DNA of 64,000 bases from Basidiobolus meristosporus CBS 931.73 (taxonomy: Eukaryota > Fungi > Basidiobolomycota), in contig MCFE01000003.1 in assembly GCA_002104905.1 (NCBI GenBank), positions 1 through 64,000 of the forward strand, given 5' to 3'. The stretch's first letter is position 1. Each line of letters begins with the position of its first letter. Under the pieces are notes generated by a model. The model ran no database searches, was not told the origin of the DNA, and saw only the letters and a program-made list of their open reading frames with translations. Of the stretch, positions 12,190-22,914 are shown in pieces. The translations under genes were made by a program, and so were the position numbers.

Positions 12190-13750
12190 AGCATATTACC
12201 TGCGGTGAAAATCTTGGCGATATCAAAAACGAATGAGGGCGCTGGTAGGTTATTTGGCTTTTGCAAGTAAAGGCAGTGTTTATAGTATTAAACATGTGTA
12301 TTGTGCTTAGTAAAGTCCCAAAGGAATTTGTGTGAGGCTTGGTGTTGTTTGGACAGCTTTGAGAAATATCATATTCTGGGTACCTGATATTTTGGTGAAA
12401 ATGTTCCAAGTAAATCCCAAAAGAGGTCAAGTAGGTTCATTAATAAGGATCAAAGTAATCAAGACCAGCACACATTAGGATGCAAACAATGCCGACACCC
12501 CCGTTGGAAACACGTAGCAATAACATTCATCCCGCACGATCAAAGAGAATAACGGAAATTGTAGCTACCAAAACATTCACTACTTCAACACCAAGTGTAA
12601 AGTATTTGACCGTATCACTGCAGATCGTGGTGAATATGGAAGTGGAGTAATATATAACAGCATTGATACCGGACCATTGCTGAAGCATGCCAAGCCCAAG
12701 GCAAATGACGAAGTTCTTTCTGCAGTATGGATCTTTCAGTATTTCTTTGATACCAAGGCTTCTTGGGATTTCGTTTGCCACTTCACAGGCTTAGACAATC
12801 GGCTAGCACTCCGCTTCGACGTTGCGATTACTTCTCAATTTCAACGATACGAATTTGTCTTCATCTTTTAGACCTTTAGTAACAAGACAACGCGTAGCAA
12901 AATAGCATCAGGACTACTTGAATAAGGTTGAAAGCACCAGGAAGACTAACGAGGATCCGCCAGCCAATGGGAGTTGATATCCCCAAACTCATGGCCTAAA
13001 CAATACGAATGCCCATTGTCGAGCAAAATTGATTGAAAGCACCAAATGTACCGCAGGTTTTAATGGGGGAAATCTCAACAACGTATGTTGGGGCAACGAC
13101 AGTTCCAAAGCCATAAGCGATATACTCGACTAGATCTCTGGCATGTCTATTTCTACCAATAAGGTGGATGGTTGAAGGTTCGCCCCCCAATTGTTTACTA
13201 ACCTGACATGTATAAGCTACACTTTTTGATCTCTTGTATGCACTAAGAGAACCGATTTTTACTAGGAAAATTCGCTTTACAATTTATAGCACCAGAAGTT
13301 TACTCGACATGTTTCAATGATAAGAGGTGGTAGGTCAGTTTGCAGAGGTTGAGGTAATCAGAGTGGCAAGTACTGCCATATACCAGGCGTCCAGCACATC
13401 ATTCTTGCAGGAAAGGATAACTACATACCCAACGCCTGGCGAATTGTGCGGTATTGATTTGCTAATCCAGAGACAGTAGTTCGACCGGCCAAATGAGCTG
13501 TTTTGGGCAAGCATTGGACGGATTCTTGATGTAATTGTGATGCTGAGAAAAGCATTACTGATCTCTCCCTTGCGTATCTACTCGTAGCATTGCTAGTCTG
13601 GCAGTGACCACTCACAAAGAATTACTCTTGATCAAATCAAGTTCACGGAAATTAATGTAGTCAATAAAACTGCTAAGTCGGATTGTTTCATACATAGTGA
13701 AAACGCTACTAATCTGGCCTATCGCATTAGTAAAACTCAAATTTGAGTCA
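12190..13750 (-). pseudogene. MFS sugar porter (GLUT/hexose transporter-like) pseudogene
   Basis: Fragments LSSFIDYINFRELD, GTVVAPTYVVEISP...GAFNQ, LQQWSGINAVIYYSTSIF and DRAG* (a stop where DRAGRR is expected). Multiple stops and frameshifts. Confidence 0.85.
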
Positions 13751-13780
13751 CTCTGGACAATCACATTACCCCCTGGTGTT

Positions 13781-14443
13781 TCATTCGTAAGTGTATTGTA
13801 CGTTGTTTGCAAGGATATCATCTCTGACCTTCTCCACCCCAAGGTTTTTGCTTATTTTCGTTGTCTAAGGCAGCCACAAAACACTCGCTTCAGCCATCTC
13901 TTGGATATTTCTTGTTTACAGCATCCAGGGTCTCCGGATGAATGAGATGCGTAAGGTGGCCAACATTGTCCAGGATGGTGGAGATCTGGATAATCAGTCC
14001 TAAGGTGAAGATAAATCCGGATTCTCCCAAGTCCTGGTGGCGAATGATGGCTTCAGCCACAACATCGGCATAATCCCGGTTGTTGATTTGCTCCAGGACC
14101 CACTCTCTGGAGAGGATACCTCCGTAAAACTCAAACGACAGCTTGGTGTCTCTCATGTTCTTTTCAGTTGTTCCAATATCGTGGGGCAGCGCGGTCACAA
14201 ACAAGGTTTCCAAATCCAAGTCCCAACTGGGGAAATAATCCCTGATGATGGCAACGGAATATTGATAAGTCGTAGAGAATGAAAAAGAACCTTCTCCGGA
14301 AGCTCTCTAGTAACCTTCTTCAACGTGTCTTGAGCGAATTTGGAGCTTGGAAGTTCGGCCACTGACTGACTGGTAGGCTGCTTTGGCTCTGGGATTGCTT
14401 TCTGAACGTCACACGAAACCTTGACAAAACCGTAGGAGACCAT
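13781..14443 (-). pseudogene. DDI2/3-like: HD-domain cyanamide hydratase (yeast Ddi2/Ddi3-like) pseudogene, intronless
   Basis: Reconstruction: MVSYGFVKVSCDVQKAIP...HSLR/YQYSVAIIRDYFPSWDLDLETLFVTALPHDIGTTEKNMRDTKLSFEFYGGILSREW...AEAIIRHQDLGESG...LDNVG...YPRDG*SECF...KPWG. There is a 1-nt deletion near 14270, a TGG>TGA stop at 13890 and a probable deletion after KPWG. Confidence 0.88.
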
Positions 14444-15211
14444 AGTGAGATAAGATGCAATGAAGAGCAAGCAATAGTTAAATAGTGCATATATTCACCC
14501 GGGTTGCTCATTACTAATCAGCAACTAAACGGTAATAGCCAAAAGAGTTTAATTGAAGGTCGACATTGGGTAGTCAAAGGTCGTCGTGATGATTTTACAT
14601 GCTTTTCATGTCAAACATCGCTGTGGGATGTTTAAACTTTGTGCCAACCACTACTGTCTCAGATTCTAGTATATTGCATGAGTTGAGTTATCATTGTATA
14701 CACTGTTGGCGTTATGGAAGCGTAAGCAGCGTGTTACGCATAATAAAGTTGCAGTGTATGACAATACTAAAAATTTCAAGTTGTACAGATCATTACAGTC
14801 CCCGATCACATGACGGACGATTTCCAGGCTAATAGACCAAGCCGATGATTGGGCGTAACCAAGAGCTGTTTTACCTTCAACAAATGGGGGCATACTCTGA
14901 CTGAGGGGGGGGGGCTTCAATAAATAGAATTGTAAATCCAAACCAAATGAAGATACATTTGGGAGCCGTGCTATATATACAATGGACTCCGCGTAGCTGC
15001 CACACAGGCCCTAATAAATGGGCGAGAATTGTCTGGAATCAGGTCCTAGGATGGCTTACCGGAATTATGCATGTTACGGCTATTGCTTCAGGCCTCGTCA
15101 CCACATGAAGCTGATGAACAGTTATGAAACCGAGTGTTGTCACAGGGGAAAATCTTTACTTTAGAACAAATCCAGTATTATTCATCGTTGAATGTGATCG
15201 AGGCACTGGTT

Positions 15212-15298
15212 ATAGATCATCAATAGAGTTGTTATCAGTACAATGAAAATAGATCATCAATAGAGTTGTAATCAGTAACGTGGAAATAGATGGAGTTG
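15212..15298 (+). repeat. 37-bp tandem duplication (2 copies plus a partial third)
   Basis: atagatcatcaatagagttgttatcagtacaatgaaa / atagatcatcaatagagttgtaatcagtaacgtggaa / atagatggagttg. Confidence 0.85.
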
Positions 15299-15988
15299 CG
15301 CCTAGAATTTTCGGTTGAGGCTTCGTGCGCTTTGATCATTTTGTAGTCATGACTAATAGGGTAGGACTCGGGGCCACACTGATCACTAATTGTTGCAGAT
15401 CACCCTCCCCCAGCCCTACTTTAATGGAATCAATGGGGAGGATTGTTATCAAATCTCGTTTGAGCACAAGGCTCGATTTCCCGATATAGACAACACAAGC
15501 AAGGTGCTTGGAGGCGCTGTACACCGCAATATGTGGAAGATAGGCGATACTAGTATTTTCCCTCCGAGAGCTGTACAACCTTGAGATAGGCTGAGGTACA
15601 TTGCGATGGAAACGCCAATCATGGATAGCTTGAAGTTAAAAGGCTTCTTAGGATATCATTTGAGCTTATTGCTAATATGGTGGTAAAAGGATACTTGTGA
15701 GTTGAGTAACCTAGCCTGCAAGTATCGCATAATGTAACAGGTTCTGAACAAGCTACCCATTGTAACGATCCACTCTTTTTACATTATCCGAACCCTCTAT
15801 TTCTTTCGTGCAGAAATATGGACACGCATTACTACTACAAATGAACAGATACCGGAATAGACACCATGAACTTTCAAGCTGAGTTATGTGAAGCTACGAA
15901 TATAAAATCCCTGGGGTGATGGTGTTATCTACAGTATTCAACCACATTTGATAATCTGCACTACCTGAAACTACGGCAGAGACGAGAC

Positions 15989-18900
15989 ATGGCTGAAAGA
16001 ACGGCGTTACTACTCTGGCTTTCCGTAGTATTCTATGTTGCTATTGCACCGTTGGTTAAAGCAGGTACATATTGTTTGGCACAAAGAAACCATTTCGGAA
16101 CTCTCCGTTGAACAGCGTTAAATTCCTTGCAGATCTTTTTCTAATGCAATGCCAAGTAAACTCGGAGGGGTAAGCATCTAGGACATTCATCTCAGGTATA
16201 TTATTAACTGTATCGACATCAAGGTTAAAGAATCTGCTTGCCTCTGACCGTTGCGATTTGAATACTCCAAACACACCGTGGGTGTTCCAAAAAGATTCAT
16301 GGACAATGTTTAATGGCCGTAAGTGTTATTGTCGTTCACCTATTTTGCGCCAAGAGTTTGCTAAAATAGAAATTTTCTCTAAACAGTGTGCTGCGCTGCA
16401 GACGTGCTGCGACAAACCCCAGCACAACAGGAGACATATATTGAGCTAAAACAAACAATCGGTAAAGAAAAATTAGCGCCATTCATCCCCTCAATAGACA
16501 AGGATCTTATGGTGGGAATGCCTTCTAATGACTCCTGAGTTCTCCTCAGTACTAACAACTTCTATAGACGGCCAATGTTCGCTACTCTGACGACATAATC
16601 ATCCCTTTTAGCACTGTGCTTAGCACTGAGGAGCCGATTCTGTATTTGGTTTTCTATAATGATAACCAGGCCGTTATTAGCAAAGTACCAATGGTTAAGG
16701 ATAACTCATCATTCGTTGACTCCTACCAACCTATCGATGTGCCACCAAGCACCCGCTCCATTGACTTCATCATAGATTCCTCAAGTCATGGGGTGACATG
16801 TTACAATGGGTTCGTGCTCTATCTGGATGAGTCTTACTATGAGGGCAATATCAACGACTTGTTCACAAAGAGTAAGTGGCAACTCAGCCTTATAAGAGTG
16901 ACCGTACTAATTATGCACCACAGTTTCTAATATCGCCGCATATATTTCTTTTGTATCCATCATCGTTGTTCCCTTCCTGATCCTCGTTTTCGGACGCAAC
17001 AATGTCCCATTTCCCATGTAAGTTGATAGAAGGTTAATGGATTGTGGTCTACAATGAAACTAACTTACGTGGTTACTCAGCCCAATTAACTTGCTCAAAC
17101 GTCGAAGAGATAATCGCATATCCATCGTCCTTTTCGGCATCGTAGCACAACTTGTCTTTGTATCCGCAATTGAGATCACAAAAGGACAGAACCAACTCCA
17201 AAGTCTATTCAACCTGGACCCCACTGCTGCCAAGTATACCAAGGGCATTTTTTTGATCCTGCTGCTCCTCTGGAACGGATTAATTCTCTATCCAATCTTC
17301 TTGTGCTACCAACAGTCGCATTACCTTCTTGGAAGCATCTTTGGAGTCATCGTATCCGCCGCGCTATTTATGCAATACCTAAGTCTGATCGTAGAAACCT
17401 ACTTTGTGCGAAAAGGATTTACAAAAATCACCGAGATCCTCTCATTTGTTCCGGTGGTAGCGTTTACATTAATATTGATCCTCTATTTTCTGGCGTGCAT
17501 GTTTTCAGCGAAAGCCTCTAGATCCCAAGAATCGGTGCTTGCCTATTCTTCTGATTTCCAGTACGTAAAAAACATGTTGACTACCAAGAAAATGGAGTTC
17601 CAGACAGGCAGGGCCCCGCCTGGATTCTTCACCACCATCCTCCACCCCAGCAAATATTTCAGCTACCGGAAATACAAGCATGATATTGTTCGCTATATCG
17701 AGTAAGTAGCACTAGCTTAGCAACTTCACCTGTGAGATGGCTCAACCAAGATGACTCAATCATTTTCCTTTTGCAGAACGCCCGACATGATCCACTTTAC
17801 ACTTGCCACCATCACCCTCATCATTGTGCAAGTGATGATATATCTCGTTGTTGAGCTGTACTACATTGTACAAAGCTCGGCGGCCTGCATTGTCACCGAG
17901 TTTGTTGCTATTGGCAACCAGAAGGATGGCGTGCTAGCAGAAGACATGAAGACCGCGAGCAACGTTCTTATTGCCATGAAAGCGTCCACTTTCCTAGCGG
18001 TTATACTGGGCGGATTTGGTATGGAGATCAATGAAGCAGCTGATGTGAAATTGGACTAACAAACACGCTCACTAGGGGTTATTCTTTTCTCCACCGGAAT
18101 CAAATATCGCTTCCAACGTGATCTGGTCCAACTTCGCCTAGGAAACTACGCCTTGTTTCACCATCGCAAGAGCAACGGTACCAATATGAACGATTACCTG
18201 AAGTTTTACGGCGCCGCACTAGGCAATGCCTTTTTCGCCTCCCTTGTGGTGATCATCCAACTCTTTTTGGTCTTGATTCTGATCTCGGCAGTGGTCTTGA
18301 TCGTGCCGGTGCGAAACTTCGTACTTCGCTGGCTTTTGCTATCCTTTTTCCTTCCTCTCGTCATTTCGTGGGTCACCAGTAAGGTAGTCGCGTTGATCAC
18401 CACAGTCTTCTTCATCATTCCCGGGACAAAATTCTGGCTCAAACGTCGAAATGGATTCATGCACTGGTCCTTCCTGGCCACGTTTGTGCATATTCCCAGC
18501 GGTGTCACCGGCTGGGTCGGGCGTATGATCAAGGCGTTCTTCACGATTTTCCTGTTCAGTTCTAGAGTGGATCGCAACGTGTTGCATGTCAACCTCAGAT
18601 CAAGCGATAGTGGCTACACCGCCTACCTAGGCCTGGTACGTATTCCTCAGATTCATAGTTATTGCGGAGAATAACCCGAGTCCATTTCCCTAGCTTCTCT
18701 CTGAGCACTACTACTACAACCCAATCAACATGGTGTTCCTGTGCCTGATGCTAGGGAAGACCCATCATGAGGCACCTTTGAAGATGGAGGCCAGTAGCTG
18801 GCGTAAGCTGATCAGACCACCATCCATCTTCGTGGATGACAAGGCCGATATAAATGAGGAAATGAAACCCATCACCATCATGACGGTGAGCCATGAAGGT

Positions 18901-19017
18901 CGCAGACTGATTGCCCGCAACAGATGGCATTTGGCATACACCCTGATTAACAATCCCAAGTTAAGGGATTTGCGTCGTCATGGAGAGGCCCGTTCATCCA
19001 AGAGCGAATCGGATTAA
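15989..19017 (+). CDS. STRA6-like: STRA6 / RBP_receptor-family multi-pass membrane protein with signal peptide and N-terminal ectodomain (about 10 exons)
   Basis: Spliced model: MAERTALLLWLSVVFYVAIAPLVKA (signal), an ectodomain of about 190 aa, then PIPINLLKRRRDNRISIVLFGIVAQLV, SSDFQYVKNML, YRFQRDLVQLRLG, RRNGFMHWSFLATFVHIPSGVTGWVGR...RVDRNVL...SDSGYTAYLGLLLSEHYYYNPINMVFLCLML and RRLIARNRWHLAYTLINNPKLRDLRR. The motif order matches animal STRA6. GT-AG introns were found at each junction, including a TACTAAC branch point near 16550; two 5' junctions use weaker sites. Confidence 0.85.
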
Positions 19018-19750
19018 ACCTACCCCACTCCTTAATTACCAAGCTTCCACTAATGCCGATCTCCTAAATTACCAGGTTTCCACTGGTGCTGATCTTCGTT
19101 AATATGTTTGCCGAGATTCCAGAATTACTCATCAGTGCATTATTGGCCTAATTTCCGTATAATAAATTAGTCGAATATTTGCAACTATTTTGATGATTCC
19201 TGAGATGTTTTAGATGATATTTTGCCAGCCTGGCTGAATTCTCCAAAATCCATGTCCATGCTCAGCATATTCATCTATTTGCTTTTGAAAATCTCCGCCT
19301 ATTCGACCTAGATAGGCAAATAAGAATGGCACAAGCTTCCTCCGCACTCCAAGCCATCTGTCTCCCGATTTTTGCCAAGCCTTATTGCCAAGCAGGAAAG
19401 CAAATATGATCATATCTAATGAATTCAAACCATTTTTTGTTAAGTTCATTTTGATTCCAATAGACTTGAGAAATATAAGAAGTTATGCTGAGTTTTCATA
19501 GAAGTATTGATAAGCATATCTTAAGGACGGCCCTGAGACTGAGGTTAGCTGCTATTTTCCAATTTCAAAGAATTGATGGATTTTAAATCAATATCCAATA
19601 AAGCCAAGTAATGAACCTTGTTGCATGGGAAAGTTTGGTGCTGAGCATATTGATTGCGACAGTATCTAGATACAAAGCTAACAATCATGAATAGGACTAT
19701 ACTCAAAGGAAAAGTAAGCTAATTGATAAATCCAACACAACCTTGTGAAT

Positions 19751-20251
19751 TTAATTTTGAACCATAATAAGATTGGTAAGCCAGAAGTACCCTAGGTGGT
19801 TGGTACCAAACTGTAACCCAAAATCGTTCTTCGTTGTCTCATACTTGGTGGCATAAACTGCCGCATTATTGATCAGTACATCAATGTGTTCTTTATAGCC
19901 GTTGACTTCTTCAGCAGCACCACGTACCGAATCTAATGAAGCCAGGTCCAAGGTCAATGATCTTAAAATGGCGTCCACGGACTCAGGCTTGATCTTTTCT
20001 ATTGTCTTGGTAAGCGCTTCTTGTCGTCTACCCGTAAGGATTAACAGACCAGGTTTATGCTTCGCAATTGCGCGACAGCATTCAGCACCAAGCCCGCCCA
20101 AGGAGCAACCAGTGACCAGGACGATCTTCCCTTCGATTTCCTTGGGAAAGTGGGCAGCGGCTTCCTCAGCGGCAGTGTCAAATCCATAGTTTCGTGGTAT
20201 AGTGAAAGGGTTTGGTTGAATGTTTGTAAGGGTCGCTCGTTGCGCATACAT
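19751..20251 (-). pseudogene. Short-chain dehydrogenase (RDH11/12/WWOX-like SDR), 3'-truncated
   Basis: GKIVLVTGCSLGGLG, LDLASLDSVR, IDVLINNAAV and FGTNHLGYF. The ORF stops before the catalytic YxxxK, and I found no intact downstream exon. Confidence 0.7.
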
Positions 20252-20727
20252 ACTGAGTGAAGTATATGCGCGCCGTCATTCCGCAGCAATGACTGGCCTA
20301 ATAATAAATCCGTATTTCCGGGACAGTACACTTTTAAGCCAGAAGTAATAAATACATGTAACCAACTAGCTATCGAGATCCACTTGAAAGGCTTCAGTCA
20401 CTTTAGACTACATGCTCCGTACGGCCTTGGTATCAAGGCCTATTATTCCTTAGGTAGCGTTGTCGAGCGTTCTCTATGCTGTCTTTGGCATACCTTCGAC
20501 ACCCCTATATACTCTTATTTTGTATTTGGACCTCAGTGCAATAAGCTTAAAATGCTTAGGCGTATAAATGTAACCGCCGCCTTTCCAGGAATCCGTATTA
20601 CAAACTATCCCGCCTTTCAACCAGTGCTTTGACTAAGCCATTCCCTTCTACCAGTGGAAGTGGGTGCCTCACACAGGGCGAATTTTATTACAGGAGCAAA
20701 AATACAACTGTTCACAGCATATCTGCC

Positions 20728-20988
20728 TTAGTATTTGTTGCTAGAGCTACCTCCTTGGGAAGAACCACAGTTTGAAGAGTCAGAGTTATTACCAGAAGGA
20801 GAGTAGTGAGCTTCACCAGTGTTGGGGTTTCCGTAATAGGTTGACCCGTTTGAGTTTTGGTAGTAATATGAGCCGTCTGTGTTGGAGTAATGATAGTTAC
20901 CCCCAGGAGCGGTCGATTCGCCACGATGGCAGTAGTGGTTTCCTTGGCTGTTTGTGCCAGAGTAATATTGATTGTTACGTCCAGACAT
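20728..20988 (-). CDS. Small Tyr/Gly/Asn/Ser-rich conserved fungal hypothetical protein (86 aa)
   Basis: SGTNSQGNHYC...YHYSNTDGSYYYQNSNGSTYY matches, from memory, a widespread uncharacterised small fungal protein family. Confidence 0.75.
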   Translation of the reverse strand: MSGRNNQYYSGTNSQGNHYCHRGESTAPGGNYHYSNTDGSYYYQNSNGSTYYGNPNTGEAHYSPSGNNSDSSNCGSSQGGSSSNKY

Positions 20989-21331
20989 GACTTGCAGAGC
21001 TTAGAGAAATTACTTCAACCTTAAATATGGCTCAGCTTTGTTGTCTACCAATCGTAGATGTCTGTTTTTTTGCGTCATTCAGATGAAACGCGGGCTCACA
21101 GATAATGATAGTGAAGATATTGTAGGGAATAGTATTCAGTGATGCTCACGATTAGCCAGCTCATAAGATTTGTTTATAGACAACCACGCACGCTTGAATC
21201 CATAGATCAACAGTCCATTTGCTACGAGAATACATACCGGATCAAACCATGGTCAGTCAATTTACCTTTATACTTGGTTTATTTTTGTATGCTTTAAATT
21301 TATTACACTCTATCAATGAAGTACTGCATGA

Positions 21332-22172
21332 TTAGGAACATGTAGGGAGGGCGCTACTTTCACTCGCTTCCAAATCATCATTGTAGGCCTGCTCCTCCTC
21401 ACGCTAAAGGTAAACAGTCAGCATCGCATCCCATATTCAGCAGAAGTGGATGGCCCCCTTACCAATAGCTTATATTGCTCCACAAACCATTCTGGAAGTT
21501 CGGCTGGTAACGTAACCAAATCCATGTCGAACAACTCGATAAATTGCTCGTTGATGTAGCGAGCCTTATTGCCCGAGTAGCTGCGGTACTACAAGGGAAG
21601 TATGAGTGATCTGTGCTCCCTACAATGCGTTGTGCCGGGTTGGCATGGTTACCTCTACGATGATGGAGTTGAAATTCCAAGTTTGAAGTTTGCGAAGGCA
21701 ACCGAGGAAAGTGCCGGTTTCATGGATACCTGAACTGGGGTCAAATAACAGTGGTCAATTGAAGCTGTTGCGAATTCCTCCACTCCTATGCTCTACGTAC
21801 GTGCACATGATAATTATTGGATAGTTGTGATTGTTCAGCACCAACTCCAAACCTTCCTTGACCAATTCTTCACTCAGTGGTTTCCAACCCAAATCTGGCT
21901 TCCAGGCTCGTAGACCTAAGTGGATCTACGTTGGGAAGATGGATTAGTCCCGTGCATGAAAAGCAAGCTCTGTTGTTAAACCATCGAACCAGGTTGATAT
22001 TATTCTCGTCAAAAAAGTTTAGGACTGCTCTGGAAGGCACCTCAGGTGACAAAACTATGGCCGTCTTCAAGTTCAGTGTTTTTATAAAAGGGAAATGGCT
22101 AGGCTGTAATAGGTCCGAGCGATAAAGCCCTTTTTCGACTATTCCAAAGGCTTCTGGTGGTGTGAACAACAT
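21332..22172 (-). CDS. Siw14/OCA (Y_phosphatase2) family protein, probable pseudophosphatase, 5 exons
   Basis: MLFTPPEAFGIVEKGLYRS...LNLKTAIVLSPE; spliced NYPIIIMCTSGIHETGTFLGCLRKLQTWNFNSIIVEYRSYSGNKARYINEQFIELFD; stop at 21332-21334. Confidence 0.9.
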
Positions 22173-22914
22173 GGTAGTGATGTGATGGATGCTTTTGTTG
22201 AGAAACGTGGAAGCAAGCTATTGCCCCAAATTTACTGCTAGACTACACTTTACTCTCGTCAAGTTGGGAGAATACCGATGTTTATTGATAAAAATTGAAA
22301 TTCGTTTAAATGATAGAATAAATGGTACCTACTCTGTCCAATCAGATCACCACGCTCTAGGCTACATCAACGAAGCATTGAGTCTACTTCCTCAACCTAG
22401 AAAGCTCCACGTATTCCAATCTATCAACTGTCCAACATATTCCGCTTGCTCTGCGACTACCCACATCATACAACCATCCACGCTCGAGTAATTCATGCAA
22501 TCTACGCTCTACGGTCCCCTTTGCTCGTCAACCAAGATCTATAGAAGCAGCCATGTACCAGATCAGCCGCGTGCGTCCACTGCTCTTTTCCTCAGTCATA
22601 CATCAACGTAAACACAAACGATTGTAATATTATTATAAAGTACACATGTGACTTGCGTATGCTCGAGATATTATTTCGCCATCTTTCTACATCACAATAA
22701 GTTTCCACGCTGAATGCAACTTTCTCCTCCACTGGCTCCGCTTTCTACAAGACATCCTCTTGCCTCTCCAGCTGTGCGTTCGGCAACGTGGGAAATGAAA
22801 TGATGAAGTGATTCGCGAAAACAAACAAGCTCTAGAAGTAACCAAAAGTGTAATAATCAAAACAATCGTTATGTCCGATACTGCAAATCCGTGCCGGTCA
22901 CGTAGTCTTCATAA

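Noticed and set aside
14500-15600. Short ORFs, for example 15390-15584, as gene remnants
   Set aside because: I could not assign any family, and there is no supporting exon structure.
20423-20440. Perfect hairpin ggccttg-gtat-caaggcc
   Set aside because: An isolated 7-bp stem with no ncRNA context; expected by chance at this scale.
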